In this document: one piece after another, positions 13,171-26,154 of the stretch
Numbering within the stretch: position 1 is the stretch's first letter
How the letters are laid out: every line of letters starts with the position of its first letter
Source of the DNA: Octopus sinensis
Taxonomy: Eukaryota
Length of the DNA: 64,000 nucleotides
Assembly (NCBI RefSeq): GCF_006345805.1
Contig: NC_043000.1
Location: 106,702,001-106,766,000 of the forward strand
Direction: 5' to 3'
Translations under genes and position numbers: made by a program
The notes under the pieces: generated by a model
Told to the model about the DNA's origin: nothing
The model's input: the letters and a program-made list of their open reading frames with translations, nothing else
Databases searched by the model: none

Positions 13171-13555
13171 TACACATATACGTCTATGTATGTTTATATT
13201 TAAGTATTGTTTTGTGAATACAAACACGCACACACATAAACAGTTACGCAAATTAGTCATTAAATTCATCAGCGCTATTGACAATAAAAGAAGATAAATA
13301 AATAGTTTCAATTGCGAAACATAAGTGTCATTAAAATTAGCAGCAATATTCTTAATAAAACTTCTCACCCTTCACAAAAATAGGAAAACAATTAGAGAAT
13401 ACAAAATGTCATTTATGCCTAGAAACCAAATGCATTATTATATAATTTATAGCATGTTCGTTTCCTTATATTGAGTTCAAATTAAATTTAAATATGCTTC
13501 AGAATTTACCGCTCCATTGAAAAGTTAAATCCAGAGAATTTTAATCTACATGTGA

Positions 13556-13592
<37 letters not shown>

Positions 13593-13605
13593 CACTCACA
13601 TGTAG

Positions 13606-13699
<94 letters not shown>

Positions 13700-13913
13700 C
13701 TAAGTGGTGCTGAAAAGATCTTGGCTTCAGGTAAAAGAAAATACAGGTGGATCAGTTAACTATGATTTTATTCAACATATTCCCCTCTCAGATTCACACA
13801 CTTATTGCAGCGGTCCTTCTGTTTTCCTAAACACTGTGAAAGAACTCTGAAGGTTGGGCCTCTAACCAAACCTTTTGCGACACCCTTAAAGCCAGGAATT
13901 TACACTAGCCCTC

Positions 13914-13914
<1 letters not shown>
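13700..13914 (-). mobile_element. mariner-derived MITE
   Basis: Degenerate TIRs GTGCTGAAAAGATCTTGGCTT / AAGCCAGGAATTT..CCCTCG in TA context. Interior reads ..RCNKCVNLRGEYVE* on the minus strand (mariner C-terminus). Confidence 0.75.
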
Positions 13915-13953
<39 letters not shown>

Positions 13954-13976
13954 TATATATATATTATATATATATA

Positions 13977-14009
<33 letters not shown>

Positions 14010-14194
14010 CATAACCAGTATAACCAGTATAACCAGCCGAAATTGCAAAGATAATCTGGAACTCGACTGAGGATAGAAAACGCCGAATGATCCGTCCTTG
14101 TTTTCCTTGTATTGTCTGTCTGGATATTTTGTTTTCCCTTTTTTTGTTTCACCTAATTGTCTGGATGTTTTGTGTTCTTATCCCATTTTTGTAT

Positions 14195-14229
<35 letters not shown>

Positions 14230-14231
<2 letters not shown>

Positions 14232-14395
14232 CTTTCTACCATAAATACCAGGCCTTGGTATCTACTATTTTATCGACCTTGCAAAGATAAAAGGCAAAGT
14301 CGACCTTGGCGGAAGTTTAACTCAGAACGGAAAGCCAAAAGAAATGCTGCTAAGCATTTTGCGCAGAATGCTAATTGATTCAGCCAGCTCACCGC

Positions 14396-14397
<2 letters not shown>
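14230..14397 (-). mobile_element. degenerate SINE family B
   Basis: AAAGGCAAAGTCGACCTTGGCGGAA..AACTCAGAAC. Confidence 0.75.
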
Positions 14398-14437
<40 letters not shown>

Positions 14438-14579
14438 TGTGTGCGTACGCGCTCGCGCGCGTGAATATATATATATATACAATTATGTATGTATGTATGT
14501 ATGTATGTATGTATGTATGTATGTATGTATGTATGTATGTATGTATAGATGGATGGATGGATGGATGGATGGATGGATA

Positions 14580-15151
14580 ATGTAATTGCTGAATTATTCC
14601 GCGCCGGTAAAAGCGCTGGGCAGATTGTTAAAGCCACAAATTATGCCAAATCTACTGTCTTTAGAGTTGTAGTGAAATTGAAGTCAGGATGTTCAGAGAA
14701 AGCGTCACAGTCCTTGTAGTGACCGACAACGCACACCTCGCTTCTAACAGGACTTGAAAGATTTAGTGAGTCGAACCCATCAAAATCGATGACGAAGTCG
14801 GCTCAAGATCTAGGAAACAATAAAATGACCGTTCCTAGGGCTGTGAGACAAAATATGAGATCGTACGTGAGAAGACACCGTAACATCCTAACTACAACTG
14901 TGTGTCTTCACTGAAGGCTTTGATCAAGCGAAGTAAAATGAAAAAAAAAAGAAATACTTAAGACATGCGCATCATTTCATAAACGGATTGAACTGACAAA
15001 GAGATCAAATGGTGGTAACATTGAACTGAAGTAGGTACTAAACACTCCACAATAGTTGGCATAAATATAAAATTTGCAGTGTTTGAGTTTCCGAGTTATA
15101 CCAATTATAATAAAAATAATTAAATGGTCTCAATTTACCTGTTACACCCTG
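14580..15151 (+). mobile_element. internally deleted Tc1/mariner (maT-like) transposon
   Basis: HTH region IAELFRAGKSAGQIVKATNYAKSTVFRVV; C-terminal GGNIE; right end ACACCCTG. Confidence 0.65.
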
Positions 15152-15195
15152 TGTGTATGTGTGTATGTATGTATGTATGTATGTATGTATGTATG

Positions 15196-15940
15196 TATTG
15201 TCAATAATAATAAGGGTAAAATTAATTAATTAATTAGTAATTAATGATTTTATCAAGCAGTGTTCAGTATGTAAAAGGACCTTTTACGGTAAATTTAAAC
15301 ATTACTTTATATAATTAGGGTTCAGCAAAAAAATTTGCTTTACCACACACCGAACTTTTAGAAATGCAGCCAAAGAATTTAGCTATTTCCTCTACTATAA
15401 GAAGAGTCTCCCAGACAATGTATACTCAAAAACAATTCACGTAGGCATAGAGGGAAAAATAACGAAAGTTCACTCGAAAATAGATTACTTGTGAACGCGT
15501 TTCTGGGTTAGTTAGATATAAAGATGCTAGAAATATATCCCTATTCCAACATTCCTGTCATCAGCACAAGATTTCATTAAATTTAAATTTGAGAGCACTA
15601 AAAATCGAACATACCCATCAGATTTGAGTAACCTCAGACGGACCATCCTCGACATCCAGTACTAACGAATTCAAAACGTACGAATGAGGCTTTGCATCCT
15701 CCCCTGTCCACCCACGTGAGTTATAGAGCAACAAATTCCTACAGAAGGATCTGTAGTTTATTATCAGGGAGAGAATTATATTGTCAATAATAATAAGGGT
15801 AAAATTAATTAATTAATTAGTAATTAATAATTTTACCAAGCAGTGTTCAGTATGTAAAAGGACCATTTACGGTAAATTTAAACATTACTTTATATAATTA
15901 GGTTCAGCAAAAAAAATTAGTTTACCACACACCGAACTTT
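15196..15940 (-). mobile_element. hammerhead-containing non-coding element: 583-bp monomer plus 162-bp partial tandem repeat (pLTR/retrozyme-like)
   Basis: 15196-15358 is repeated at 15779-15940. (TATG)n on both sides; hammerhead at 15488-15570. Confidence 0.8.
15488..15570 (-). ncRNA. type I hammerhead ribozyme with palindromic minimal stem III
   Basis: CTTGTG-CTGATGA-[long stem II]-GAAACGCGT-T-CACAAG. 6-bp perfect stem I and GUU triplet; two mismatches at the base of stem II. Confidence 0.8.
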
Positions 15941-16000
15941 ATGTATGTATGTATGTATGTATGTATGTATGTATATATATATATATATATATTATATATT

Positions 16001-16057
<57 letters not shown>

Positions 16058-16059
<2 letters not shown>

Positions 16060-16200
16060 ATTTTTTTCTCCTTGTTTTTCTCTGTGGAAGAGCGTAGGCT
16101 CGAAATGTAAAAGACTTTTTCAATTCCCGAGCGTTATACTAATGTATTTGTTTGTTTTCTACACCACCTGTTTTCGTCTTTTGCTTTTTTCGTGAATTCT

Positions 16201-16204
<4 letters not shown>
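16058..16204 (+). mobile_element. short (TA)n-embedded element with a variant hammerhead-like motif
   Basis: CTGTGGA-A-GAGCGTAGGCTC-GAAATGTA-AAAGA at 16082-16114; homologous to 40914-41090. Confidence 0.6.
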
Positions 16205-16246
<42 letters not shown>

Positions 16247-16261
16247 TATATATATAATATA

Positions 16262-16297
<36 letters not shown>

Positions 16298-16310
16298 TGT
16301 ATGTATGTAT

Positions 16311-16524
16311 GTCTTTGTGTCTGTGCTTATCTCCCTACCACCGCTTGGCAACCGATATTGGTGAGTTTACGTCCCCGTATCTTAGCAGTTTGGCAAAAGT
16401 ACCGATAGAATAAAGGCTAGGCTAAAAAAGTCCTGAGATTGATTTGTTCGACTAAGTTCCTTCAAGGCAGCACTCTAGCATGGCCGCAATCAAATTACTG
16501 AAGCAAGTAAAAGAATTAAAGAAA
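16311..16524 (+). mobile_element. SINE family A, 3' half
   Basis: Homology to 1955-2161. Confidence 0.8.
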
Positions 16525-17435
16525 ATACCTTTCAGATGGTGTAGATGACGACTGTTTCTGAATTTAATGTTAAAAGAAAAAAGTTAGAATCGGGGGTGAA
16601 ATTATTCACGCATCTCAACTTTGTTTCCTCATCTTTTGATTATATAGATTACAATTATGTCGAAAAAATGACTTCGAGACCCTGCTATTTCTAGCAAATT
16701 AAACGACCAGGTAGAGGAAAAACACATTTTACAAAAAGCTGATGAGAAGAAGAAACTTCAAAGTTGATATTTTTGTTAAAATATGACGGGTAATTTTGGA
16801 AGTATTCTTTTAGGTAATAAAAATATGGGTAATAGAAAATATGGCCAACATAAAATAATTGTAATATAACTTTTATTATCAAACTTTTTGGTGGTAATAT
16901 AAAATAATGTGATTAATGATAATTTTCAATAGAAAATATTTATTACCTTAAAATTAAACAAAACAAATTTCTCATTTGTATAACTCCTCCCATAACTATT
17001 CTATCACTGACTCCTCCTCCGCCTCCTCCCCAGCCTCCTCCACCTCCTGCACTACCTCCTCCTCCCCTCATCCTCATCCTCCTTTATGATTTTTTTTCTG
17101 TGTGTGTGAGTGTGTGTGCGTTCCCTTTCTGCCATCACTCCTACTTATGTGTACTCACCCTACAACTCTTAACATTCTCTCTAGCTCTCTTTTACTCTCT
17201 CTCTCTCCCACTTTCTCTACACGAAGAAAACAACCAGTCAACCAACCAGCCAACCAGCCAATATTTATATCAACTATAATTATATAGAGCTAAGCTTGTC
17301 GTATCTTAAGGATGAATTACCAGAAAAACAATGGTTGAACTTTAAAATAATTCTCTTTTCAAATCTAATAATTTTTACAATCATATTTGAAAAAAGAAAT
17401 TAAAATTGTCGTGAAAACTAAAAAGCAAAAGGTTA

Positions 17436-17638
17436 CTCATAACTTTTATAATTTTTTTACGAAGTAATTTCTGATAATAGACATCAGGACAGGATCAAAT
17501 AATTAAAATTTTATTCACAATTAATCGCAGTATCTTCTTATAACTTTTATGTTTTTACGAAGTAATTTCTGATATTAGACATAAGGACAGGATCAAATAA
17601 TCTAAATTTTATTCACAATTAATCTCAATGTCTTCTTA
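17436..17638. repeat. ~100-bp tandem duplication
   Basis: ATAACTTTTAT..TTTACGAAGTAATTTCTGATA..GGACAGGATCAAATAAT..ATTCACAATTAATC occurs twice. Confidence 0.9.
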
Positions 17639-17639
17639 A

Positions 17640-19421
17640 TTTCATAAAGGATTTTGAAAATTTTCATCAAAATTTTTGATAAATTTCATTAAAATTTTCA
17701 AAAATTTTCAATAAAATTTTCAAAAAATGTGGATGAAAATTTGGATGAAAATTTTCAAAAAACTTTCAAAAATTTTTATGAAAATTTTCAAAAAACTTTT
17801 CAAAAGTTTTGATGAGAATTATCAAAAACCTCTTCAAAAATTTTGATGAAATTTTCAAAAAATCAATAGAATTTTCATGAAAATAGATTTTTAAAATTTT
17901 GATGAAAATTTTGATTAAAATTTTCAAAAGATTTTCAAAAATTTTGATGAAAATTTTCAAAAATTTTGATGTAAATTTTCAAAATACTTTTCAAAAATTT
18001 TGATGAATATTATCAAAACCTCTTCTCAAAATTTGATGAAAATGTTAAAAAAACTTTCAAAAATTTTTATGAAAATTTTCAAAAAACTTTTCAAAAGTTT
18101 TGATGAAAATTATCAAAAACCTCTTCAAAAATTTTGATGAAATTTTCAAAAAATCTTCAAAAATTTTTATGAAAATTTCCAAAATCTTTCCAAAATCAAA
18201 AATTTTGATGAAAATTTTCAAAAAACTTTTCAAACATTTTGATTAAAATTTTCAAAAAACTTTTCAAAAATTTTGATGTAAATTTTCAAAACACTTTTCA
18301 AAAATTTTGATGAAAATTATCGAAAGCCTCTTCACAAAATTTAAAAAAAACTTTCAAAAATTTTGATGAAAATTTTCACAAATCCTGATTAGAATTTTCA
18401 AAAAACTTTTCGAACATTTTCATGAAAATTTTCAAAAAACCCTTCCAAAATTTTGATGAAAACTTTCAAAAAAACTTTCAAAAATTTTTATGAAAATTTT
18501 CAAAAAGTTTTAATGAGAATTATCAAAAACCTCTTCAAAACTTTTGATGAAATTTTCAAAAAATCTTCAAAAATTTTTATGAAAATTTCCAAAATCTTTC
18601 CAAAATCAAAAATTTTGATGAAAATTTTCAAAAAACTTTTCAAACATTTTGATTAAAATTTTCAAAAGACCTTTTCAAAATTTTGATGAAACTTTCAAAA
18701 CAACTTTTTTTCAGAAATTTTGTTGAAAATTTCCCAAAAACTTTCCAAAATTTTCATGAGAATTTACAAAAATTTTGACAAAAATTTTCAAAAAACTTTT
18801 TTTTTGATGAAAATATTCAAAAAAGTATACAAAATTTTGATGAAAATTTGCAAAAAGCTTTCAAAAATTTTGATTAATATTTTCAAAAAACTTGTCAATA
18901 TTCTTGATGAACATTTTCCAAATAACTTTCAGAAGTTTTTATGAAAAATTTCAAAAACCTTTCCAAAATTTTGATGAAAATTTTCAAAATAGATTTTTAA
19001 AATTTTGATGAAAATTTTGAGAAAAATTTTCAGAACTTTTGATTAAAATTTTCAAAAGATTTTCAAAAATTTTGGTGAAAATTTTCAAAAATTTTGATGT
19101 AAATTTTCAAAATACTTTTCAAAAATTTTGATGAAGAGGCTTTGAAATTTTTGAAGAGGCTTTTGAAACTTTTCATCGAAACTTTTGCAAAGTTTTTTGA
19201 AAATTTTCATCAAAATTTTTGAAAAGTTTTCTGAAAACTTTTATGATAATTTTTGAAAAGTTTTCTGAAAATTTTCATGAAAATTTTTGAAAAGTTTTTC
19301 GAATGTTTCCTTCAAAAGTTTTGAAAATTTTCATCAAAATATTTGAAAATTTTTTGAAAGATTTTATCAAAATTTTTGAAAAGTTTTTATAAAATTTCAT
19401 CAAAATTTTTGAAAATTTTTG
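17640..19421. repeat. AT-rich satellite array (~21-33-bp unit AAAATTTTGATGAAAATTTTCAAAAAACTTTTC) with orientation switches
   Basis: Short reverse block at ~17650-17725, forward block ~17730-19135, reverse block 19136-19421. Higher-order blocks are repeated (18180/18590; 17880/18987). Confidence 0.92.
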
Positions 19422-19589
19422 TAGCGTTTATATCTAACTAGTATTAACATTGAATCGAACAGACATGTAATGAATCAAATCAGATTTCGAATACACATAC
19501 ACACACACACTCACACACACGCACACACACTCGCATTTGATGTGACCTCATCGTTACAATAAAAATATTTTTGTTCCCCTCTGTTATCA

Positions 19590-20148
19590 TTTTATCGTTT
19601 ACTTGTTTTAGTCAATGGACTGTAGCCATGCTGAGGTACCGCCTTGAATGGTTTTAGTCGAACAAATCTACCCTAGTTGTCAAAAGTTTTGGGGCAAACA
19701 TAAACACAAAGACACACACATGCACACATCTATATATATACATACATATGCGACACATATAATTCAAAGACACATACAAACGCACACACACACACGCACA
19801 CATACACACACATATATAAGGCAAATAAGACAAGGTAGGAAATGCTAAAATAATTTTCAGGCTTTGCGATCTTTTCAACTTAAAGTAAAGTATGAAAAAC
19901 GATTAAATTGTGGAAAAATGAAATGAAATGTTTAAAAAAAATATTTCCATAGTTTTCAAATGCGAGGGACATTTTCCTTTTTTATAAACGATTAACTTCC
20001 ACAGTTTCCGTCCACCAACTCCACTCACAAGGCTATGGTCGACCTGGGGTAATAGTAGGAGACGCTTGCCACGGTGCCACGCAGTGAAACTGAACTCGAA
20101 ACTATGTAGTTGGGGAGCAAACGTCTTACCACACAGCCATGTCCGCGT
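19590..20148 (-). mobile_element. fragmented SINE family A
   Basis: 3' end at 19590-19710; 5' part at 20000-20148. Confidence 0.7.
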
Positions 20149-20349
20149 CTATAAAAAGCTTTTTTGTATAAATGTTCTTTTTTTAAATTAGAGGGTGGAT
20201 GAATTTGAGAAAATGAGAAAAAGTCACAAAAGTCGAGATAAATATTCATGGACAATACAGAAAAAATTTCTCTGGGGATCGGGAGCTTCCACGTCGCTCC
20301 TATCTTGGCCTTTTATTGTCCATGCAATTAGTATACAAATTACTTACAA

Positions 20350-20634
20350 TTTTCAAGCCTAGCCAGGCTCATGGGCCCGGTTTGCCGGTTTCTGTGGCGT
20401 ATGTGTTCCCCCCAGCTGAACGGGACGCCAGTCCATTGCAATTTTACTCAAGAAACAGGAAAAGAGAGTGATAGAAAGTTGTGGCGAAAGTGTACAACAG
20501 GGGTCACCACCACCCCCTGCCGGAGCCTCGTGGAGCTTTCAGGTTTTTTCGCTCAATAAACACACAACGCCCGGTCTGGGAATCGAAACCGCTATCCTCC
20601 GACTGCGAGTCCGCTGCCCTAACCACTGGGCCAT
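20350..20634 (-). mobile_element. SINE family C, tail type 1
   Basis: Reverse complement of the 917-1220 type, with CpGs largely intact. Confidence 0.88.
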
Positions 20635-20845
20635 CTAAAGATGTTCTATAATACATATGTTCCATATGTCCTACAATACACGTTCTACCATACAATAAAA
20701 TAAAACTTTCTCAACGGAACTATAATGTTCGGTCTCGCAACCAAGAATAATGTTAATATTCAAATTTGTCTATCTCGTTTACTTTAGCCACTAATATCAG
20801 TGAGTTTATAAGTAATATGTTCCTTGTTAGGCTGAGAAGATACAT

Positions 20846-20886
20846 AGTTGCTGGTGACGATCCATCGAGAATCGAAACATACTGCT
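20846..20886 (+). ncRNA. degenerate hammerhead-like motif
   Basis: AGTTG-CTGGTGA-CGATCC..GAATC-GAAACATA-CTGCT, with several mismatches; adjacent to a PLE remnant. Confidence 0.3.
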
Positions 20887-21079
20887 CTTCCGACTTTTCT
20901 GTCCACGCATACACGAAACAGAGAAATTACCTACAAGGACCGTAACAGTGTTGGTTAAAAGCATCCTCTAGATATCTTCTATTTACATGATAGGCATGAA
21001 ACGAAACTGTTAAATGCGAGTAATTTAATATTCAATAGAAATACACACACACGCATTAAAAAAAATGTTTTAGAAAGAA

Positions 21080-21630
21080 CTCTTGATAGTCTCAATATTA
21101 TTGATTTTATAAAATAAATCTTATAAAGTAACAGAATAACAAATCTTTTGAAAGGAGGTTTTTGCATTGTGTAAGGGCTTTCATAGTTTACAGTTTTTCA
21201 AACACACATGAGATAGTGTAATCTGTGTAGAGGAAGTTGTTTTTTGTAGTGGTGTTCAAGGTTAGTTTCGGATTAAAAATTCTAAAAATGTATTGTTCTT
21301 CTGTCATTCGTACTTGATCCGTTCCATCCCTTGTTTTGAAAAAACGAAAAGAATAAAGGAATAAAGGAAACATTTCTAAGAAATGAATGTTCGATTTGTT
21401 GCTTGTGTATTCTAACCCGATATATTAATTTTGATCCCGTCTACGTGATATAATTCCCATTCAGTGAACACTGCTACTAAAAACAACTTCCTCTATACAG
21501 ATTATCTCTTAACGCGTGTATGAAAAGCTTTAAACAGCAAAAGCGCGCGTATACAATACAATGGCTTCCTTCCAAAAGGTTTGTGTCATTCTCTCTTTTA
21601 AGTTGTTTTAAATACAATTAATAATTTTAA
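21080..21630 (-). mobile_element. Penelope-like element 3' remnant (GIY-YIG end) with inverted pLTR
   Basis: Minus strand NYIT*TGSKLIYRVRIHKQQI and RMTEEQYIFRIFNPKL. 21465-21630 is a diverged inverted copy of 21085-21260. Confidence 0.75.
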
Positions 21631-22705
21631 AGAAAATGCTTTATATATATATATATATATATAATATATATATATATATATACATACATATATGTGTGTG
21701 TGTGTTTTTGTGTGAATGTGTGAGTGTGTATGTATGCATATATGTATATGTATATATGCATATATGCATATATGCATGTTACTGTATTTTTGTATATACC
21801 ATTGTACGTAAAACTCAACTTCTTTATGTCTGAAGATAATGAACAGTATCGAATATTCTCTGATTATTTTATAATGCTATATCAAATAATTATGAACACT
21901 GCCGAGGTGTCTCACTTTTTCGAGGAGCGTTCTTGTAACAAGGTTACACTTGATTTCATATCACGTGTAATTTTGAGAGAGTCCGCTCCAGAAATGTATT
22001 ATTCCGGCATTTTATTAATAACTACGGATAAATTTATTTCGTTTGCTGTCATGTGGTGGTGTGAAATACATTTTTGATTAGATATTGTCTCATTGAAATT
22101 TCGGATTCCAGAGATTTTCACAGTCTAGCAGTTATCATAATGAACAATGCCATTATTATAAATCAACGTTACTGTATTAAATGGATTAATCTGAAGAAGC
22201 TTTTGTTATATTAATTGTCTACTTTGAATATCTTAGACTTTTGGAACCAGATGGGAAAGATGAAAAATAGTTTTATTTCTATCAAATTGGAGGGAATAGC
22301 AGCCGATTACTATAAAGATATAGAATGATCTGAAATTTCAAAAGTGGAAATTGAAGATGCCATTACCTATTCGAGTGCAAATAATTCAATAGCATATGAA
22401 TTTACAAAATACATTCAGTTCTGTTTGACAAATATTGAAATATCGTAATCTTTCCATATTATTTAAAGATCTTTTTTGCGAACAACTTAGGCAGAGAAGT
22501 CACTCGAGAGGCAGTTTTACCATAGCTTTGCTTTGCTTTATAAAGCTGTAAAACCCCTGGATTTATGTCAGTGTTTCCTAAACTAGCTTGTCGTGGTATC
22601 TCTATGCAATAATAGCAGTCGATATATACGTTGGTTGGTTGATTCTCTTCTGTTACACTTTACAGAGAGAGAAAGAGAAAAAAACACCGAGAGAAAGAGA
22701 AAGAA

Positions 22706-22743
<38 letters not shown>

Positions 22744-23391
22744 GGAGAGAGAGAGAGTAAAACATAGATAGAAAATTAACATAAGAGTAGCTGTATTAGT
22801 ACATTTACAAGGTTTGGTGAGAGAAATAGAGAGAGAGAGAGACAAAAAGAGAGGGGGGTGAGAGAAAGAGAGATAGGGAGAGAGAAAAGTGAGAGAGAGA
22901 GGAAGAAAGAGGGAGAGAGAAAGAAAGAGGGAGAGAGAAAGAAAGAGAGAGAGAAAAAGAGAGAGAGGCGTAACTATACAGTTTGGTGCTCCACCACCTG
23001 TTTTGATTCTTATAACTTTCTGAAAGATACACATTTTTTAATGAAATTTTGCAGTGATACGTTGTGTACAGAATCGATTGCAATTATTTTAATAAAATTT
23101 AGAAAAATACTAGTATATTTATTGAGAATGTACAAAGGATAAATTTGCTTTTTCATTTAATTTTATTTTAAGGTAATGGATAATTTTCTTTTGAAAATCA
23201 GTTTTCATTTTATCATTTTGTATAATCATCAAACAATTTAATAAAAATCAAATTCTAATTATTGTATGTATGTCATATTTTCTGATATTGTCCATAGTGG
23301 TCAAAGTATACTTCCAGAGTTACCGACATATGACAAATAAATACTTTAGTCTCTGTATAGTTTTCCCAAAATAATAGAAACCATGTCTATA

Positions 23392-23847
23392 CAGAGTGTT
23401 CCAGAATTAACTATCTATTTCAATGAAATCGGGCAAATTAAAAAAAAAGCTAACAGAATTCTATGTTTATTATTCAACTATGACACCAAAACAAATAGAT
23501 TTATAAATCTTACGCCAAAACTATATTGAAAATTTTTAACATGCGGCAAATTTCAAATCTATCCCGAAGCATTTCAGGAGCTATCTCCTGCATTACTAAC
23601 TGAATGTGGGGTAGAGGTAAAGAAAATGATTGCAGCCAAATTGAGAAAAAGCTGTCATGAACAGATAAGCGGGATCCAGCAGGAATTAAAATAAAATTAT
23701 TAAAAAATCATAAGAATTATAAAATTATAAGCAAAATAAAAAAAATTATACACTTTTAAAATATATTAAGCATGATAAACATAAATAAAAATGATTTTAA
23801 AAAAAATTGTCCAATTTTACTGAAATAGTTAATTCTGGGACACCCTG
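23392..23847. mobile_element. Tc1/mariner-type MITE
   Basis: TA|CAGAGTGTTCCAGAATTAACTAT ... ATAGTTAATTCTGGGACACCCTG|TA: TIRs extend to ~45 bp, with TA target duplication. Confidence 0.85.
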
Positions 23848-24139
23848 TATTTTACTGACAACTATCACTAAATAGATGTTAAATAGAACAAAAAGGTGTT
23901 AAATGGAACAAAAATTACTTTAGAGAATTCACTAGAAATCATAATATAGTTTAAATATATGGATACTATTTTCATAAAATATTTTTTTTTACGAAATTGT
24001 ATAAAATATCACTTTGTCTCATGAAACTCCGAAACTTTTCCCCCGACTCACTTTGAGAATCTCCGCTTTATAAGATGCTACTTGTGTAATCCAAGTGAAA
24101 GAGTTTACTATTAGTACTGTAGAGAATCGTTTGCACTCC

Positions 24140-24340
24140 GAATCGTTAGCACTCCGGGTGAAAATGCTTAGCAGCATTTCCTCTGTCTTTACGTTCTGAG
24201 TTCAAATTCCACCGAGGTTGACTTTGCTTTTCATCCTTTCGGGGTCGATGAATTAAGTACCAACCAAAAGTTAGGGGTCAATATGATCATATATCCCCTT
24301 CCCCACACATTCCAGGTCTTGTGCCTATAGCAGAAAGAAT
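24140..24340 (+). mobile_element. SINE family B
   Basis: GAATCGTTAGCAC..GAGTTCAAATTCCACCGAGGTTGACTTTGC. Confidence 0.8.
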
Positions 24341-24460
24341 TGTACTGTAGAAAATCTTTTTAAAAGAATAGAAAACATTTTGCGGTGCACCAGCGATGCG
24401 AAATGGATTTACTGAAATATCTTATAGAGTTAATTCGTCTATCAAACAACTATTTGTATG

Positions 24461-25025
24461 TTTTTTCTACTCTAGGAATAAGGCTCGAAATTTTGAGGGA
24501 GGAAGCCAGTCGATTAGATCTTAATTTATCGACTCTGAAAGGATGAAAGGCAAAGTCGACCCCGGCGGAATTTGAACTCAGAACGTAGCGGCAGACGAAA
24601 TACCTATTTCTTTAGTACCTACAAGGGGCCAAACACAGAGAGGACAAACAAGGACAGACAAACGGATTAAGTCGATTATATCGACCCCAGTGCGTAACTG
24701 GTACTTTTTTAATCGACCCCGAAAGGATGAAAGGCAAAATCGACATCGGCGAAATTTGAACTCAGAACGTAACGGCAGACGAAATACCTATTTCTATTTC
24801 TTTACAACCCAGAAGGGGCTAAACACAGAGAGGACAAACAAGGACAGACAAACGGATTAAGTCGATTATATCGACCACAGTGTGTGACTGGTACTTAATT
24901 TATCGATCCCGAAAGGATGAAAGGCAAAGTCGACCTCGGCGGAATTTGAACTCAGAACGCAGCAGCGGACGAAATACCACAAAGCATTTTGCCCGGCGTG
25001 CTAACGCTTCTGCCAGCTCGTCGCC
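24461..25025 (-). mobile_element. SINE family B trimer (one head, three bodies)
   Basis: Units joined at GAAATACCTATTTC (24597, 24781). Confidence 0.9.
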
Positions 25026-25613
25026 TTACAACGATTAGTATGTTGCTATAACAATAGGCGTCCTATAGAGGTACAGTGCAACTAATAAGCTCACACAAGC
25101 AATATCTTTGATTACAGCCATGCACCCAGACAGTATCGATACTATTACAGCCAAAGATAGCCTGGACGAAGGTTGCAGCTTTGCAGTGGTGACACTCTTG
25201 ATGCTACACAGCTAGGCAGCCCTTGCAGCCAGCATCCATATAGTGTACAAACCTGTTATAACTATGACAGACAGAACTCAGCAGTGACACACATACATCT
25301 AGACATCCAGCAGCCTTACTGAGTTTCCGAAATATACCGCCGCTCACAGAACATAGGACACATGTTGCTACACTGCGAACACAAAATTTGTTATTTTCTA
25401 GCTTATCTTAATCGAAAGGTTAGTCATATCATCTATGTATGTAGACTCTATACAAACAGGTCCATATGACAATATAATTGCATGTTCATACGGTCAATAT
25501 GCACTCTCGTGTACGCGTACTTATATACTTGCGTTTACACACTCATATACTTGCACACACAGACACACACACTTACACACACACGCCCTTGTATCTACTC
25601 GTGAATATATGTA

Positions 25614-26001
25614 TACTCTTTTACTTGTTTCAGTCATTTGACTGCGGCCATGCTGGAGCACCGCGTTTAGTCGAGCAAATCAACCCCAGGACTTATTCTT
25701 TGTAAGCCCAGTACTTATTCTATCGGTCACCGCTAAGTGACGGCGACGTAAACACACCAGCATCGGTTGTCAAGCAATGCTAGGGGGACAAACACAGACA
25801 TACAAACATACACACACATATATATATATAAATATATACGACGGGCTTCTTTCAGTTTCCGTCTACCAAATCCACTCACAAGGCTTTGGTCGGCCCGAGG
25901 CTATAGTAGAAGACACTTGCCCAAGATGCCACGCAGTGGGATTGAACCCGGAACCATGTGGTTGGTAAGCAACCTACTTACCACACAGCCACTCCTGCGC
26001 C
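25614..26001 (-). mobile_element. SINE family A, near full length
   Basis: Head GGCGCAGGAGTGGCTGTGTGGTAAG through to the tail. Confidence 0.92.
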
Positions 26002-26035
26002 TGTATATATGTATATATCCACCATCCACCACCAA

Positions 26036-26142
26036 TGACCGACCAGACCATCAGATGTTGCTACACATCACTGGTCACAATGCGCTTCGCATTGTTTTAG
26101 CCTTTAAATGACGCCACCCCGCTGGCTAAGCGAGCAGGCCAA
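26036..26142 (-). mobile_element. SINE family E 3' fragment
   Basis: TGACCGACCAGACCATCAGATGTTGCTAC..GCTAAGCGAGCAGGCCAA; also at 43176-43291 and 54772-54890. Confidence 0.7.
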
Positions 26143-26154
26143 TGTATATATATA

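Noticed and set aside
17766-18944. K/F/I-rich ORFs inside the satellite
   Set aside because: They are a by-product of the repeat unit.
25040-25372. Possible solo LTR (TG...CA)
   Set aside because: There is no TSD and no second copy in the window.
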